Of a stretch of DNA of 64,000 nucleotides, positions 18,526-27,054 are shown one piece after another (position 1 is the first letter of the stretch; each line of letters opens with the position of its first letter). This stretch comes from a virus. The position numbers and the translations under genes were made by a program. Below the pieces are notes generated by a model. It had not been told where the DNA came from, ran no database searches, and saw only the letters and a program-made list of their open reading frames with translations. The stretch lies in the IMG/VR virus record IMGVR_UViG_3300001199_000007, positions 633 to 64,632 of that record; one strand, 5' to 3'.

Positions 18526-19146
18526 ATGCTCAAGGAACTGATCGATGGATTGCTGGAGAAGCCCGCCATGGTCGCCGGCAGGGCCTGGCTGGTCGGGGCG
18601 CTGCCGTGGATCGCCGGCATTCTCGCCGCAGCTGGTGCGGCGCTCGCGCTCTACGTGGCCAGTCTCCACGTGCAAATCGCGAAGCTCGAGCGCGACGTCG
18701 CCACCGCGAAGGCCAAGACATCGAAGTGCACGGCCGAATTCACCGAGCATCTCAGGCTCGACGAACAGGCGTTGATCGCCGCGATACGCCAGCGGCAGGA
18801 AAAGGAAGCCGGGGACCGCGCGGAGCGCGATCGCATTATCCAGGAAGGCCGGAGGGTCAGAGATGCGTTGCAACACGAGAACGATCGCCTGCGTGGCGAG
18901 CTTCGCAGTGGTACTTCTGTCAGGGTGCGGAGCGCGCTCTGTTCAGCCCCAGCCACCGCCGAGGGTGGTGCAGGAGTGCGCGCAGTTGGAACCCCTGCCG
19001 GATCATCTCCACCCGGACCGGTTCCGAGTGGGGCCGATCTTGTCGCAGACGCTATCGGAGCCGGTTTCCAAAAAGACGCCCTCTACGACGAGCTCTACGA
19101 AATCGCGGTGAGCGACCGCAAGACCTGCGGAGTCCGCAGGTCATGA
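18526..19146 (+). CDS. Inner-membrane spanin (Rz-like)
   Basis: N-terminal TM segment followed by coiled coil. Follows the endolysin and contains an embedded lipoprotein ORF. Confidence 0.7.
   Translation: MLKELIDGLLEKPAMVAGRAWLVGALPWIAGILAAAGAALALYVASLHVQIAKLERDVATAKAKTSKCTAEFTEHLRLDEQALIAAIRQRQEKEAGDRAERDRIIQEGRRVRDALQHENDRLRGELRSGTSVRVRSALCSAPATAEGGAGVRAVGTPAGSSPPGPVPSGADLVADAIGAGFQKDALYDELYEIAVSDRKTCGVRRS
18863..19111 (+). CDS. Outer-membrane spanin lipoprotein (Rz1-like), fully embedded in Rz
   Basis: Signal peptide with lipobox VVLLSG-C and Pro-rich mature part; +1 frame inside the i-spanin. Confidence 0.65.
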   Translation: MRCNTRTIACVASFAVVLLSGCGARSVQPQPPPRVVQECAQLEPLPDHLHPDRFRVGPILSQTLSEPVSKKTPSTTSSTKSR

Positions 19147-19784
19147 AGCAGCAACTATACGGCGTCGTCCTGCTCACCATCGTGGCACCGTTCGCGGTGT
19201 TCGCGCAGCAGGAGTTCGGAGACCACGAGGCGTGGTCGGTGCGGGCCCTGACCTACAGCGGGCTCGCGGCTTCCGCGCTTGGACTGGCGGCGTGGATCCT
19301 GTGGAACGTCGCGCAGCGCAATAACAAGCTCGACACCAGACTCATCGCCTGGATGACCGAGAACGTGAAGCCGTATCAGGAGGCCATGGCCCAGTCGAAG
19401 GCGCTGCTGGACGAGGAGCGTGCCGAGAAGCGGCTCGCGCAGCAGGAGGCGCACCGGCTAAACGCCGAATTAGTCAAGACCGTGCTCGACATCAATATCA
19501 AGCACGAAGAGGCCCTGGCCGCTGTCAGGACAGAGGCACGCGAACAGCGTGAGCGTGATGAGGCAAAGAACCAGGCGAGCCTGGATCGGGCTCACAAGCG
19601 CATCGACGAGTGCGAGAAGGGGCATCGGATGGATTCGGAAGCCCTGGCCGCCGTAAAGGCAGAACTCCGCGATGTCCAAAGCCGCCTCTTTCAGATCGCG
19701 CAGGCAACGCCGCCTTCCACGCAGCCATTCCAACCTGCGATGGCGCTGGTGCCGACAAAACCGCCTGCAACGGCGCCGGCCTGA
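19143..19784 (+). CDS. Holin candidate: two N-terminal hydrophobic segments plus long coiled coil (213 aa)
   Basis: ATGA overlap with the Rz stop. LYGVVLLTIVAPFAVFA and ALTYSGLAASALGLAAWILW, then heptad-rich region. Confidence 0.45.
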   Translation: MKQQLYGVVLLTIVAPFAVFAQQEFGDHEAWSVRALTYSGLAASALGLAAWILWNVAQRNNKLDTRLIAWMTENVKPYQEAMAQSKALLDEERAEKRLAQQEAHRLNAELVKTVLDINIKHEEALAAVRTEAREQRERDEAKNQASLDRAHKRIDECEKGHRMDSEALAAVKAELRDVQSRLFQIAQATPPSTQPFQPAMALVPTKPPATAPA

Positions 19785-21154
19785 TGGCCGACGACGACTA
19801 CGGCATCGACGACCCCGAATCTGGAGGGGCGACAGACCGTCGTCGACGGCGAGGGCAGCGACAGCCATACGGCTATGTCCACCAGCAGCTGCGCTACCCC
19901 TGTCCTCTCTTCGAGATCAGTTTCATCGGTGCCGACTCGGCGGAGTTCTTCATCGCGGCCGAGGACGACAAATTGCCGCTCGATGTCATCGGGATTCGCT
20001 TCTACGTCTACCCGGCCGAGGACGATCCGCCGGAACTTGGAAGTGGGTACCTGGAAGCTGGATTCGTCGAAGGCGAGGGGTGGTACGCCACCGCAACCGA
20101 CCTCGAGCGCGACGCGCCGTACAAGGTGTTCGCCACCTATGTCGCACCACGCGCGGAGAGCCACGAGTGCGAGAATGGTGCGCTCGACTTCACCCCTGGA
20201 ATCGCGTGCCCTGATCTGACATCGCCGGCGCCGGAGCAACTCATCGAGTTCGTCGGCTCCGTCGACTTCGCGTGGGATGCGGTCGCGTTCGCAGACGCCT
20301 ACGACGTCTACATCTGGGCCGATGGCGACGCGCCGCCGGTTGAGCCGACGGAGACGGTGGCTGGCACCACGCTGAACTACAGCGGTTTCACCAGCCTCGG
20401 CACCATCAACTGGAAGGTCGATGCCGTGGTCGGTGAGGACACCTCTGACGGGTGCGCCGCCGGGATCTTCACGCTGCTGATCCCGTGTCCCGATCCCATC
20501 GCCCCAGGGCTCGGCGAAGAGACGAATCCCTTCCTGCCGGTCACCTTCACGTGGGCGGCCGTGGAAGGCGCCACGTCGTACAACCTCTACGTCTGGCCCA
20601 CCGGAGATCCGGAGCCGGAGGACCCCACCGTCACCGTCGCTGGGCTGTCGTACGAGACCGACAGCCTGACGCCTGGAACGAATTATTCCTGGCGGGTCAC
20701 CGCTGTCGTCGGCTCCTTGGAGTCCGAAGGCTGCGGGGCTTCGACGTTCATCACCGGCGACGTCTACAACCTCACGAGCCCTCCGTACCCGATCATCGTG
20801 GTGGAAGGCGTCGATGCGCTGCAGGCATCGGTCCAGAAGGTGGTCCACCTCACCTCGCCGATGGACGCGGTGGACGCGGTGCAGGCCGTCCTGATCGATG
20901 GCGAACTCCGCCCCGTGCTGATCCAGTACGTGATGGAGGACGAGGCCGTGGACGCCTCGCAGGCCGAACTTCTCGGCGGCGAGCTCGACGTCGTGCTGCT
21001 TCAGTACGAAGTCCCGGACGAGGCTGTCGACGCCGCCCAGGCCGTTCTCCTCGAGGGGTCCCTGCAGGCCAAGCTCATCGTCTACCAGAACTATCCCGAT
21101 GAGGCCGTCGAGGCCTCTCAAGCTGTCCTACTTGGTGGAGTGCTCTCGTCATGA
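19784..21154 (+). CDS. Virion structural protein with fibronectin-III-like repeats (456 aa)
   Basis: TGATG coupling. Two repeats of FxW.AV..A..Y.+Y+W....P...W.V.AVVG; acidic C-terminal repeat (D/E)AVDA.QA.L..G.L. Confidence 0.6.
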   Translation: MADDDYGIDDPESGGATDRRRRRGQRQPYGYVHQQLRYPCPLFEISFIGADSAEFFIAAEDDKLPLDVIGIRFYVYPAEDDPPELGSGYLEAGFVEGEGWYATATDLERDAPYKVFATYVAPRAESHECENGALDFTPGIACPDLTSPAPEQLIEFVGSVDFAWDAVAFADAYDVYIWADGDAPPVEPTETVAGTTLNYSGFTSLGTINWKVDAVVGEDTSDGCAAGIFTLLIPCPDPIAPGLGEETNPFLPVTFTWAAVEGATSYNLYVWPTGDPEPEDPTVTVAGLSYETDSLTPGTNYSWRVTAVVGSLESEGCGASTFITGDVYNLTSPPYPIIVVEGVDALQASVQKVVHLTSPMDAVDAVQAVLIDGELRPVLIQYVMEDEAVDASQAELLGGELDVVLLQYEVPDEAVDAAQAVLLEGSLQAKLIVYQNYPDEAVEASQAVLLGGVLSS

Positions 21155-22119
21155 TTCATGTTCCGAAAAAGTCGCTACTCCTCCTGAGGCGCGGGATCGA
21201 AATGCCGCGTGGGCATGTCGCGGGTCGGTTCAAGATCGAGGCGGTGCGGCTCGATGGGACCAAGCGCCTCCTCGCCGACTGGTTCCCCAACCTCATTCTC
21301 GATGCTGGCCTCAATCGCTGGGGCACCGGCGCGATCATCACGGCGTGCCAGGTCGGCACCGGCTCGGCGACGCCAACCGAATCGGACACGCAACTCCAGT
21401 CCCGCGTCGCTGGAACTAGCACTATTCAAGCATCGAACCTCGGTGCGCAGGGCAGCGCGCCGTACTACGGCTACCAGCAGAGGACGTTTCGATTCGGCGC
21501 CGGCGCCGCGGCAGGCAACCTTGCCGAGGTAGGGGTGGGCTGGGCCACGTCCGGCGCAGCCCTGTGGTCCCGCGCCTTGATTCTCGATGGTGAGGGTGAC
21601 CCCACCACGATCACGGTACTCGGCGACGAGTTCCTCGATGTGACCTATGAGCTCCGCACCTATCCGCCGACGGTCGACGGGGAGTTCAACATCACGATCA
21701 GCGGGGTCGAGTACACCTGCGTGATGCGCGCGGCGAGCGTGACGAACGGGAACATGTGGGCTTCGGAAATCGCCGCGGCGGTTGGCTCTTCTCCTCGCCA
21801 CTCGACGGCGTACAACGGGGCGATCGGCGCGATCACATCGTCGCCGTCGGGGACCTCGTCGTCGACTCCGCTGACGGGGGTGGCCGCGGCGTACTCGAAC
21901 AACTCGCTGCAGCGCGACATCACCATCGCGTTCGACCTGAACACCGGGAACCTTGCCGGGGGCATATCGGCCATCGGATTTTCCGGTGGAATGGGGGTGG
22001 CGAACGAGGTGCTCGGCCGCTACCAGTGCTCGTTCTCACCTGCGATACCGAAGGACAACACGAAGACCCTCTCGCTCGAGTACCGCGTGGAGTGGGCGCG
22101 GAAGACGCTGACGCCCTGA
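21151..22119 (+). CDS. Virion structural/tail-associated protein (322 aa)
   Basis: WFPNLILDAGL...CQVGTGSATP motif typical of tail-associated beta proteins; ATGA coupling. Confidence 0.55.
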   Translation: MIHVPKKSLLLLRRGIEMPRGHVAGRFKIEAVRLDGTKRLLADWFPNLILDAGLNRWGTGAIITACQVGTGSATPTESDTQLQSRVAGTSTIQASNLGAQGSAPYYGYQQRTFRFGAGAAAGNLAEVGVGWATSGAALWSRALILDGEGDPTTITVLGDEFLDVTYELRTYPPTVDGEFNITISGVEYTCVMRAASVTNGNMWASEIAAAVGSSPRHSTAYNGAIGAITSSPSGTSSSTPLTGVAAAYSNNSLQRDITIAFDLNTGNLAGGISAIGFSGGMGVANEVLGRYQCSFSPAIPKDNTKTLSLEYRVEWARKTLTP

Positions 22120-22697
22120 TGGCCATCCCCAACAACGCGCTGTCGTCCGAGGTCCGCTCTGCTGCGTTTCTGTCGCCGGACAACCAGGTCTCGTCCCTGA
22201 CCAAGGACTACGAGCGCGGCGGTGTCGCGATCGACGACGGCACCCAGGGCATGCTGGTGCGCGACTGGTGGGCCGAGATCGTCGGCGACGACATCGTCAT
22301 CGCGAACAGCGATGGACCCCAGCAGACCCTGAGCAAGCCGGGGACCACCGAGGTGTCGCTGTCGTTCGACCGCAACATGCGCGTCGCGTTGGCCTGGGTG
22401 CAGGGCGGAGAGAAGTACCTGCGCTGGTTCGATCCCGTCGCGAACGCCATGGTGGAGACCACCTTGGACGCCGGGATCCAGAATCCGAGGCTCTGCTACG
22501 ACGACAAGCGCGTCACGCAGGAGTCCGCCTCCGACGTCATCCTGGCCTACATCCGGTCCGGCAACCTCTACTTCCGCCAGCAGAGGGACCGCTACACGGT
22601 GGAGCGTCTGCTGGGCCCCGTCCCGGCCACGTACCTGCTCAACATCGGGATGAATCGCGGGAACCGTCTCCAGTTCCAGTTCGTGGACGTCCTCTGA
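22119..22697 (+). CDS. Virion structural/tail-tip-associated protein (192 aa)
   Basis: TGATG coupling. DYERGGVAI, SLSFDRNMR, PRLCYDDKR, DVILAY and QRDRY motifs, recalled from phage tail-tip modules. Confidence 0.55.
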   Translation: MAIPNNALSSEVRSAAFLSPDNQVSSLTKDYERGGVAIDDGTQGMLVRDWWAEIVGDDIVIANSDGPQQTLSKPGTTEVSLSFDRNMRVALAWVQGGEKYLRWFDPVANAMVETTLDAGIQNPRLCYDDKRVTQESASDVILAYIRSGNLYFRQQRDRYTVERLLGPVPATYLLNIGMNRGNRLQFQFVDVL

Positions 22698-22714
22698 AAT
22701 CCATCTCGTAGGGG

Positions 22715-23128
22715 CTAGCCCTTCCCCTTTTCGAGGCGCAGCTGCAACCCCCGGATGATGAGGTGGCGCAGGGTCACTTCGCGCAGCGCGGCGAATACCC
22801 TGGCCTTCTTGTGGAGATCCGATGGGACCGCGAAGTGGACGGCGACGTCCTTTGGCTTCTTCGGATCGACCTCACCAAGATCGGGGTCCTTGGCCAGCAG
22901 GTCGGTAAGCCCTTCGATGGCGAGATCCTGCATGCTGATCTGGTAGGTGACGGCATAGACTTTCACCTTCATATGCAGGGCCCTATCCACATGGAGGTGC
23001 ACGTGGGTCAGGTCTGCCTTCGGGGGTGGTGGTGCCGGCTTCGAACCTCGCCGCGGAATCGCCGCTACGGCCCCGCGCGCCGCGCCGCGCGCCTTTCCTC
23101 TGGTGCTCTTGCCAGTTCCAGGTGCCAT
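22715..23128 (-). CDS. Tandem ribbon-helix-helix DNA-binding protein (137 aa)
   Basis: ATG at 23128 with upstream AAGGGG. Basic N-terminal tail, then two RHH-like repeats (VHLHVDRALHMKVKVYAVTYQISMQDLAIEGL; VHFAVPSDLHKKARVFAALREVTLRHLIIRGL). Confidence 0.6.
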   Translation of the reverse strand: MAPGTGKSTRGKARGAARGAVAAIPRRGSKPAPPPPKADLTHVHLHVDRALHMKVKVYAVTYQISMQDLAIEGLTDLLAKDPDLGEVDPKKPKDVAVHFAVPSDLHKKARVFAALREVTLRHLIIRGLQLRLEKGKG

Positions 23129-23251
23129 AGCCTGGACCCCCTTTTGTTGTTGACCTGTCGATAGGGTTACGGGTGCACGTTGGTCAGTCAACGTAGGGGA
23201 GACCATCTCTGCTGATCTGCGTGGACCATCCACAACCGCAGATGCGGGTCA

Positions 23252-23479
23252 TCTTGACCAAACCTTGACGTCCTGTCGGCGATTCCTGGCCAATCCTGGC
23301 CAATCCTGGCCAACTCCAGTCCAAACGTGGCCAGCAAGCGATTGATTTGACTGACACCCTGGCCGACACCAGATTTCACACGGCGGGGGCCACAGGTTCG
23401 ATCCCTGTACCATCCACCATTTCAGCAAGTTACCGGGGTGTCCGCGCAGCCAATCCCCGGATCTTGACCAAACCTTGAC
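23252..23479. repeat. attP arm repeats: TCTTGACCAAACCTTGAC on both sides of the core, plus TCCTGGCCAA x3
   Basis: 18-bp direct repeat at 23252-23269 and 23462-23479; 10-bp tandem triple at 23284-23313. Confidence 0.7.
23375..23419 (+). other. attP core: 3' half of tRNA-Val(CAC)
   Basis: TTCACAC anticodon loop, GGCGG stem, T-arm ACAGG-TTCGATC-CCTGT, acceptor strand ending CCA. The 5' half of the tRNA is absent. Adjacent to the integrase stop. Confidence 0.85.
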
Positions 23480-24565
23480 TCACGCCGCGGTGGCGAGGCG
23501 CAGGAAAACCTTGTCGATGGCCTCGGACTCGGTGCCCTTCTTCGGCGCGAGGTGGGCGTAGAGCATCGTGGTCCGGATGTCCTCGTGGCGCAGGAGGTCG
23601 GCGACCTTTCTGAGGTCCTCGCCAGCCTGGACCATCCAGGACGTGAAGGTGTGGCGCAGGGTGTGGGGGGTGGCACCCTTGATCCCGGCGATCTTGCAGG
23701 CCGAGGCGAAGGAACGGTTGATCCTGAGCACCCTGCCGCCGTCGGCGCCCTTCCGGCTCGGGAACACCCATGGCGACGTCTCGAAGCCGTTCTTCCGCGC
23801 CCAGGCGCGGCGCCGTCGCAGCACGGCGAGCGCGGTGCCGTTGAGGGGGATCGACTGCGACTCTCCGCTCTTGGAGTCGTCACCCTCGAACCAGATCATG
23901 CGCGCGGACTCGCTGACGCGCCTCCACTCGAGCCCCAGGATCTCGTCCTTGCGCATGCCGGTGGCCAGGCCGAGCTCGATGAAGTCCGGGAGCTCGGGGG
24001 CCCTGTAGATGCGCAGGGTGGCCTGCAGGAGCGCCTGCACCTCTTCCGGCGTCAACCAGCGCGGCGTCCCTCGTCGCTTCGGCTGCGGGGCCCGGCCGGC
24101 GATCGGGTTGGGGAGCCCCCAGTCCAGCATCTTGTTGCAGTACCGGATCGCCCCGGAGAGCAGCAGCAGCTCTTTCGAGATCGTGAGGTCGTTGGCGGGC
24201 CTATGGACCCCGCGGCGGTCCACGAAGGCCTTGCGCGCCTCCTTGTAGGCCTGGATGTCGGCGGCGGTGATGGTGGAGATCCCGCGGCCCGAGAAATGGG
24301 AGACGAGGTGGACGCCGACCTGGAGGTCCCTGTCGTGGCTGCGCTTCGCCGTGGTGGCCTTGAGGTAGGTCGACAGGACCTCGTCGAAGAGCCTGTCGGG
24401 TTTCTCTCCGAACTTCGTTATCCGGCGGACCTCGGCCTTTCGACTGGCCTCAAGTGCCTGAGCTTCCCGCTTGTCCTTTGTGCCAGAAGATTCGCGAGTT
24501 CGCCGACCGCACGCGTCCGTGTAGCTGATCCAGTAGATGTCGGAGCCTTGGTTGCGGTATGGCAT
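23480..24565 (-). CDS. int: Tyrosine integrase (361 aa)
   Basis: TGMRKDEI, HTLRHT, LLRHEDI and TMLYAH catalytic motifs. N-terminal arm-binding segment MPYRNQGSDIYWISY. Confidence 0.92.
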   Translation of the reverse strand: MPYRNQGSDIYWISYTDACGRRTRESSGTKDKREAQALEASRKAEVRRITKFGEKPDRLFDEVLSTYLKATTAKRSHDRDLQVGVHLVSHFSGRGISTITAADIQAYKEARKAFVDRRGVHRPANDLTISKELLLLSGAIRYCNKMLDWGLPNPIAGRAPQPKRRGTPRWLTPEEVQALLQATLRIYRAPELPDFIELGLATGMRKDEILGLEWRRVSESARMIWFEGDDSKSGESQSIPLNGTALAVLRRRRAWARKNGFETSPWVFPSRKGADGGRVLRINRSFASACKIAGIKGATPHTLRHTFTSWMVQAGEDLRKVADLLRHEDIRTTMLYAHLAPKKGTESEAIDKVFLRLATAA

Positions 24566-24795
24566 GACGCGGGTCCCGGTGCAGGTTCTTGGGTCGTCGT
24601 GGCCAGGTACCGGAGTAACTCGGCGCGGGCATATCTCACGCATCCCAGCACCTTGGACCTCCGGACCAGGCCGGCGTCGACCAGTCTACGTAAGGTTCGC
24701 TCCGAGATCCCGAGTAGCCGGGCCGCGCCGGCACCGTCGTAGGCGAGCACCTGGTCGTCCGTGGCCGTGACCGGCGAGGGGTCGTCGTCAGCCAT
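24418..24795 (-). CDS. xis: Excisionase-like HTH protein
   Basis: AARLLGISERTLRRLVDAG HTH. Upstream of and overlapping int. Confidence 0.65.
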   Translation of the reverse strand: MADDDPSPVTATDDQVLAYDGAGAARLLGISERTLRRLVDAGLVRRSKVLGCVRYARAELLRYLATTTQEPAPGPASCHTATKAPTSTGSATRTRAVGELANLLAQRTSGKLRHLRPVERPRSAG

Positions 24796-26200
24796 GGGTG
24801 GCCTCCACCAGCAGCGGCGCCTCGTCGGTGATGCGCCGGCGCGCCATCGCCGCGTAGGTCGGGCTTAGCTCGAGCAGGACAGCGTCGCGCTGGAGACGGT
24901 CCGCGACGAGGCCTACGGTGCCGGAGCCGCCGAAGGGGTCCAGTACGACGCCACCACGCGGCGAGCCTGCTTTGATGCAGATCTCGGCCAGGGCCGGCGG
25001 GAACGTCGCGAAGTGGGCGCCCTTGAACGGCGACGTCGGGATCTCCCACACGGAGCGTTTGTTCCGCCACTGCAGGACGTCGCCCGACGTCGCTTCCTGG
25101 AAGCTGCTGTTCTGCTTGTTGCGCCAGCCGGCGCCACGGCCAAAGGCATCGGACGTGCGGAGATCCTGCGCGCCGCGCGCCACGCTCTTCGGGCCGACAC
25201 CGTTGTAGCGGCCCTGCAGCGCGCGGTGGTTGCGGCCTTCGCCACTCTCCCAGCCTGCGGGGTGCCGGTACCGCGGCTTCGTATTCGCGTCGAATCCGTG
25301 GCCGAAGCCGACACCGGTGCCGCCGACGCGGGGATGCGTGTTCTCGGAGGCCTCTTCCTTGATGGCCTCAGCGTCGAAGTAGTAGTCGAACTCGCGCCAG
25401 CGGCGCACCGTGGTACCGGGCTTGCGGCCCGGGAGACGCTGCTTGAGATCCGGCGTCGTCGACCACTCCAGGGTGTCCTTGGCGCGCCAGATCGTCGGCC
25501 TGCCCGACTTCGTCAGCATGAAGATGTACTCGTGCGCCGTGGTGCAGCGATCGCGCACGCTCTCCGGCATCGGGTTCGGTTTCGACCAGATGTGGTCACG
25601 CCGCAGGAACCAGCCATCGGCGCGCAGCGCGAAGGCCAACATCCAGGGCATGCCGACGAGGTCCTTCGGCTTGATGACGTCGCTGGGCCTGGCGCGGCCG
25701 GCGCGCGGGTTCTCCTGCTGATAGGCGCGATGGAGGCGGCCCTGGTTGCCGCCAGCGCCGCGGCCGCCGTCGGACGCGTAGCAGTCACCCATGTTCAGCC
25801 ACAGGGTGCCGTCGCGCCGGAGTACTCGACGGACCTCGCGGAAGATGCCGACCATCGTGGTCAGGTATTCCTCGGGGGTGTCCTCGAGCCCGATCTGTCT
25901 GTCGACGCGCTCGGCACCGCAGCGGCGACAGCGTGTCCGGAACTGCTGGCGCCGCGCCGCGACGTTGGCGTGGATCGTGGCGTCGGTCATGCCGTTGGCG
26001 TAGTCGCCGAGCCGCGAGTTCGTGGTACCGCCAGGAAGCGGCGCGAGGTGCTCGCAATTCGGGTCACCGCCGATCCAACTCGCGGTGCCGTAGTCGCGGA
26101 GACCCCAGTACGGCGGGCTCGTGACCACGCACTGCACGCTCTCATCGGCGAGCGTGGGGAGGACATCGCGGCAATCGCCGGTGAGGATACGAACGGTCAC
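24788..26200 (-). CDS. Beta-class N4-C/N6-A DNA methyltransferase (470 aa)
   Basis: GTG start MTVRILTGDC. TSPPY motif IV before the HFATFP and VLDPFGGSGT motif I. Confidence 0.88.
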   Translation of the reverse strand: MTVRILTGDCRDVLPTLADESVQCVVTSPPYWGLRDYGTASWIGGDPNCEHLAPLPGGTTNSRLGDYANGMTDATIHANVAARRQQFRTRCRRCGAERVDRQIGLEDTPEEYLTTMVGIFREVRRVLRRDGTLWLNMGDCYASDGGRGAGGNQGRLHRAYQQENPRAGRARPSDVIKPKDLVGMPWMLAFALRADGWFLRRDHIWSKPNPMPESVRDRCTTAHEYIFMLTKSGRPTIWRAKDTLEWSTTPDLKQRLPGRKPGTTVRRWREFDYYFDAEAIKEEASENTHPRVGGTGVGFGHGFDANTKPRYRHPAGWESGEGRNHRALQGRYNGVGPKSVARGAQDLRTSDAFGRGAGWRNKQNSSFQEATSGDVLQWRNKRSVWEIPTSPFKGAHFATFPPALAEICIKAGSPRGGVVLDPFGGSGTVGLVADRLQRDAVLLELSPTYAAMARRRITDEAPLLVEATHG

Positions 26201-26487
26201 AAGGGCTGCTGGGCTGCTGCTCTGCTGTTCTCGGTTTCCGCGATCACGGGCGATTCGGCGTCGACCACGGCCTTGATGACCTGGTCGCGGATGGCGCGGT
26301 ACTCCTTGATGTCGGCCTGGCGCTCGAGCGGGCTCTTTCCGGTGGTGAAGCGGATCGCGCGCCACGCGGTCCACAGCGAGGCCTTGACCTTGCTCGGCAC
26401 CATCCTCCAATGCCGCAAGCAAAGCAGTTCGCCGTCGCGCGGGGAGCCTTCGCAGGAGGGGATCGGGCAGGGGTTCTTCATGGTCAT
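26197..26487 (-). CDS. Small Zn-binding protein (CPIPSC...LCLRHW)
   Basis: SD GAGGAG; C-x4-C...C-x2-H pattern. Confidence 0.6.
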   Translation of the reverse strand: MTMKNPCPIPSCEGSPRDGELLCLRHWRMVPSKVKASLWTAWRAIRFTTGKSPLERQADIKEYRAIRDQVIKAVVDAESPVIAETENSRAAAQQPL

Positions 26488-26491
26488 CTCC

Positions 26492-26860
26492 TCAGTCTGA
26501 TCTACCGCACTTCGCGCAACGAACGGCGCCATCTCCTTCTCCGGTCCATTCCGGCTCGATGCACCGGCACGTCCGATCACTGGGGATAGAGTTCCACCAG
26601 GCCAGGCACTTCGGGCACACCCGAACGCTTAGCCGCTCACCGTTCTCGCAGCACCACGGCGGGCCGGTGTAGGCGAGTGCCTCGGCGGTGCGCGGCTTGA
26701 GGTCCTCCGGCCACGCCAGCACGGGGCCCTCGACGGCCCACACCTTGAGGTTGGCCTCGAGCGAGGCATCGGTGCCGGCGAGCTCACGCAGGACCCAGCG
26801 CGGCACCGGGACCCAGTCGGTGAGAGGCTTCCTCTCAGCGATCGGTTTCGAGGCGCTCAT
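26492..26860 (-). CDS. Hypothetical Cys-rich protein
   Basis: Coupled into the operon; CPKC, CRC and CAKC motifs. Confidence 0.5.
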   Translation of the reverse strand: MSASKPIAERKPLTDWVPVPRWVLRELAGTDASLEANLKVWAVEGPVLAWPEDLKPRTAEALAYTGPPWCCENGERLSVRVCPKCLAWWNSIPSDRTCRCIEPEWTGEGDGAVRCAKCGRSD

Positions 26861-27054
26861 TGTTCGGCCTGATGGGACTGCTGGACCTGGCCGAGGCTTT
26901 TTCCGAGAACTTCACGGACCAACGCGCTGAACTTCCACGCTGGGTATTCGGATGGCAACTTGGCCATTAGCTCTTTCCATTGTCCGACCGTCATCGTGAG
27001 CGCGATGGTCAGTTGCACCTTCTCGGGGTCAACGATTGTTGCGGTGGCCTTCAT
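26857..27054 (-). CDS. Hypothetical protein (65 aa)
   Basis: ATGA overlaps on both sides. Confidence 0.55.
   Translation of the reverse strand: MKATATIVDPEKVQLTIALTMTVGQWKELMAKLPSEYPAWKFSALVREVLGKSLGQVQQSHQAEQ

Noticed and set aside
23284-23313. CRISPR-like array
   Set aside because: 10-bp tandem units without spacers. No repeat-spacer structure or cas genes were seen anywhere in the window.
23340-23419. Complete tRNA-Val gene
   Set aside because: The 5' acceptor, D-arm and 5' anticodon stem are missing; it is an att core only.
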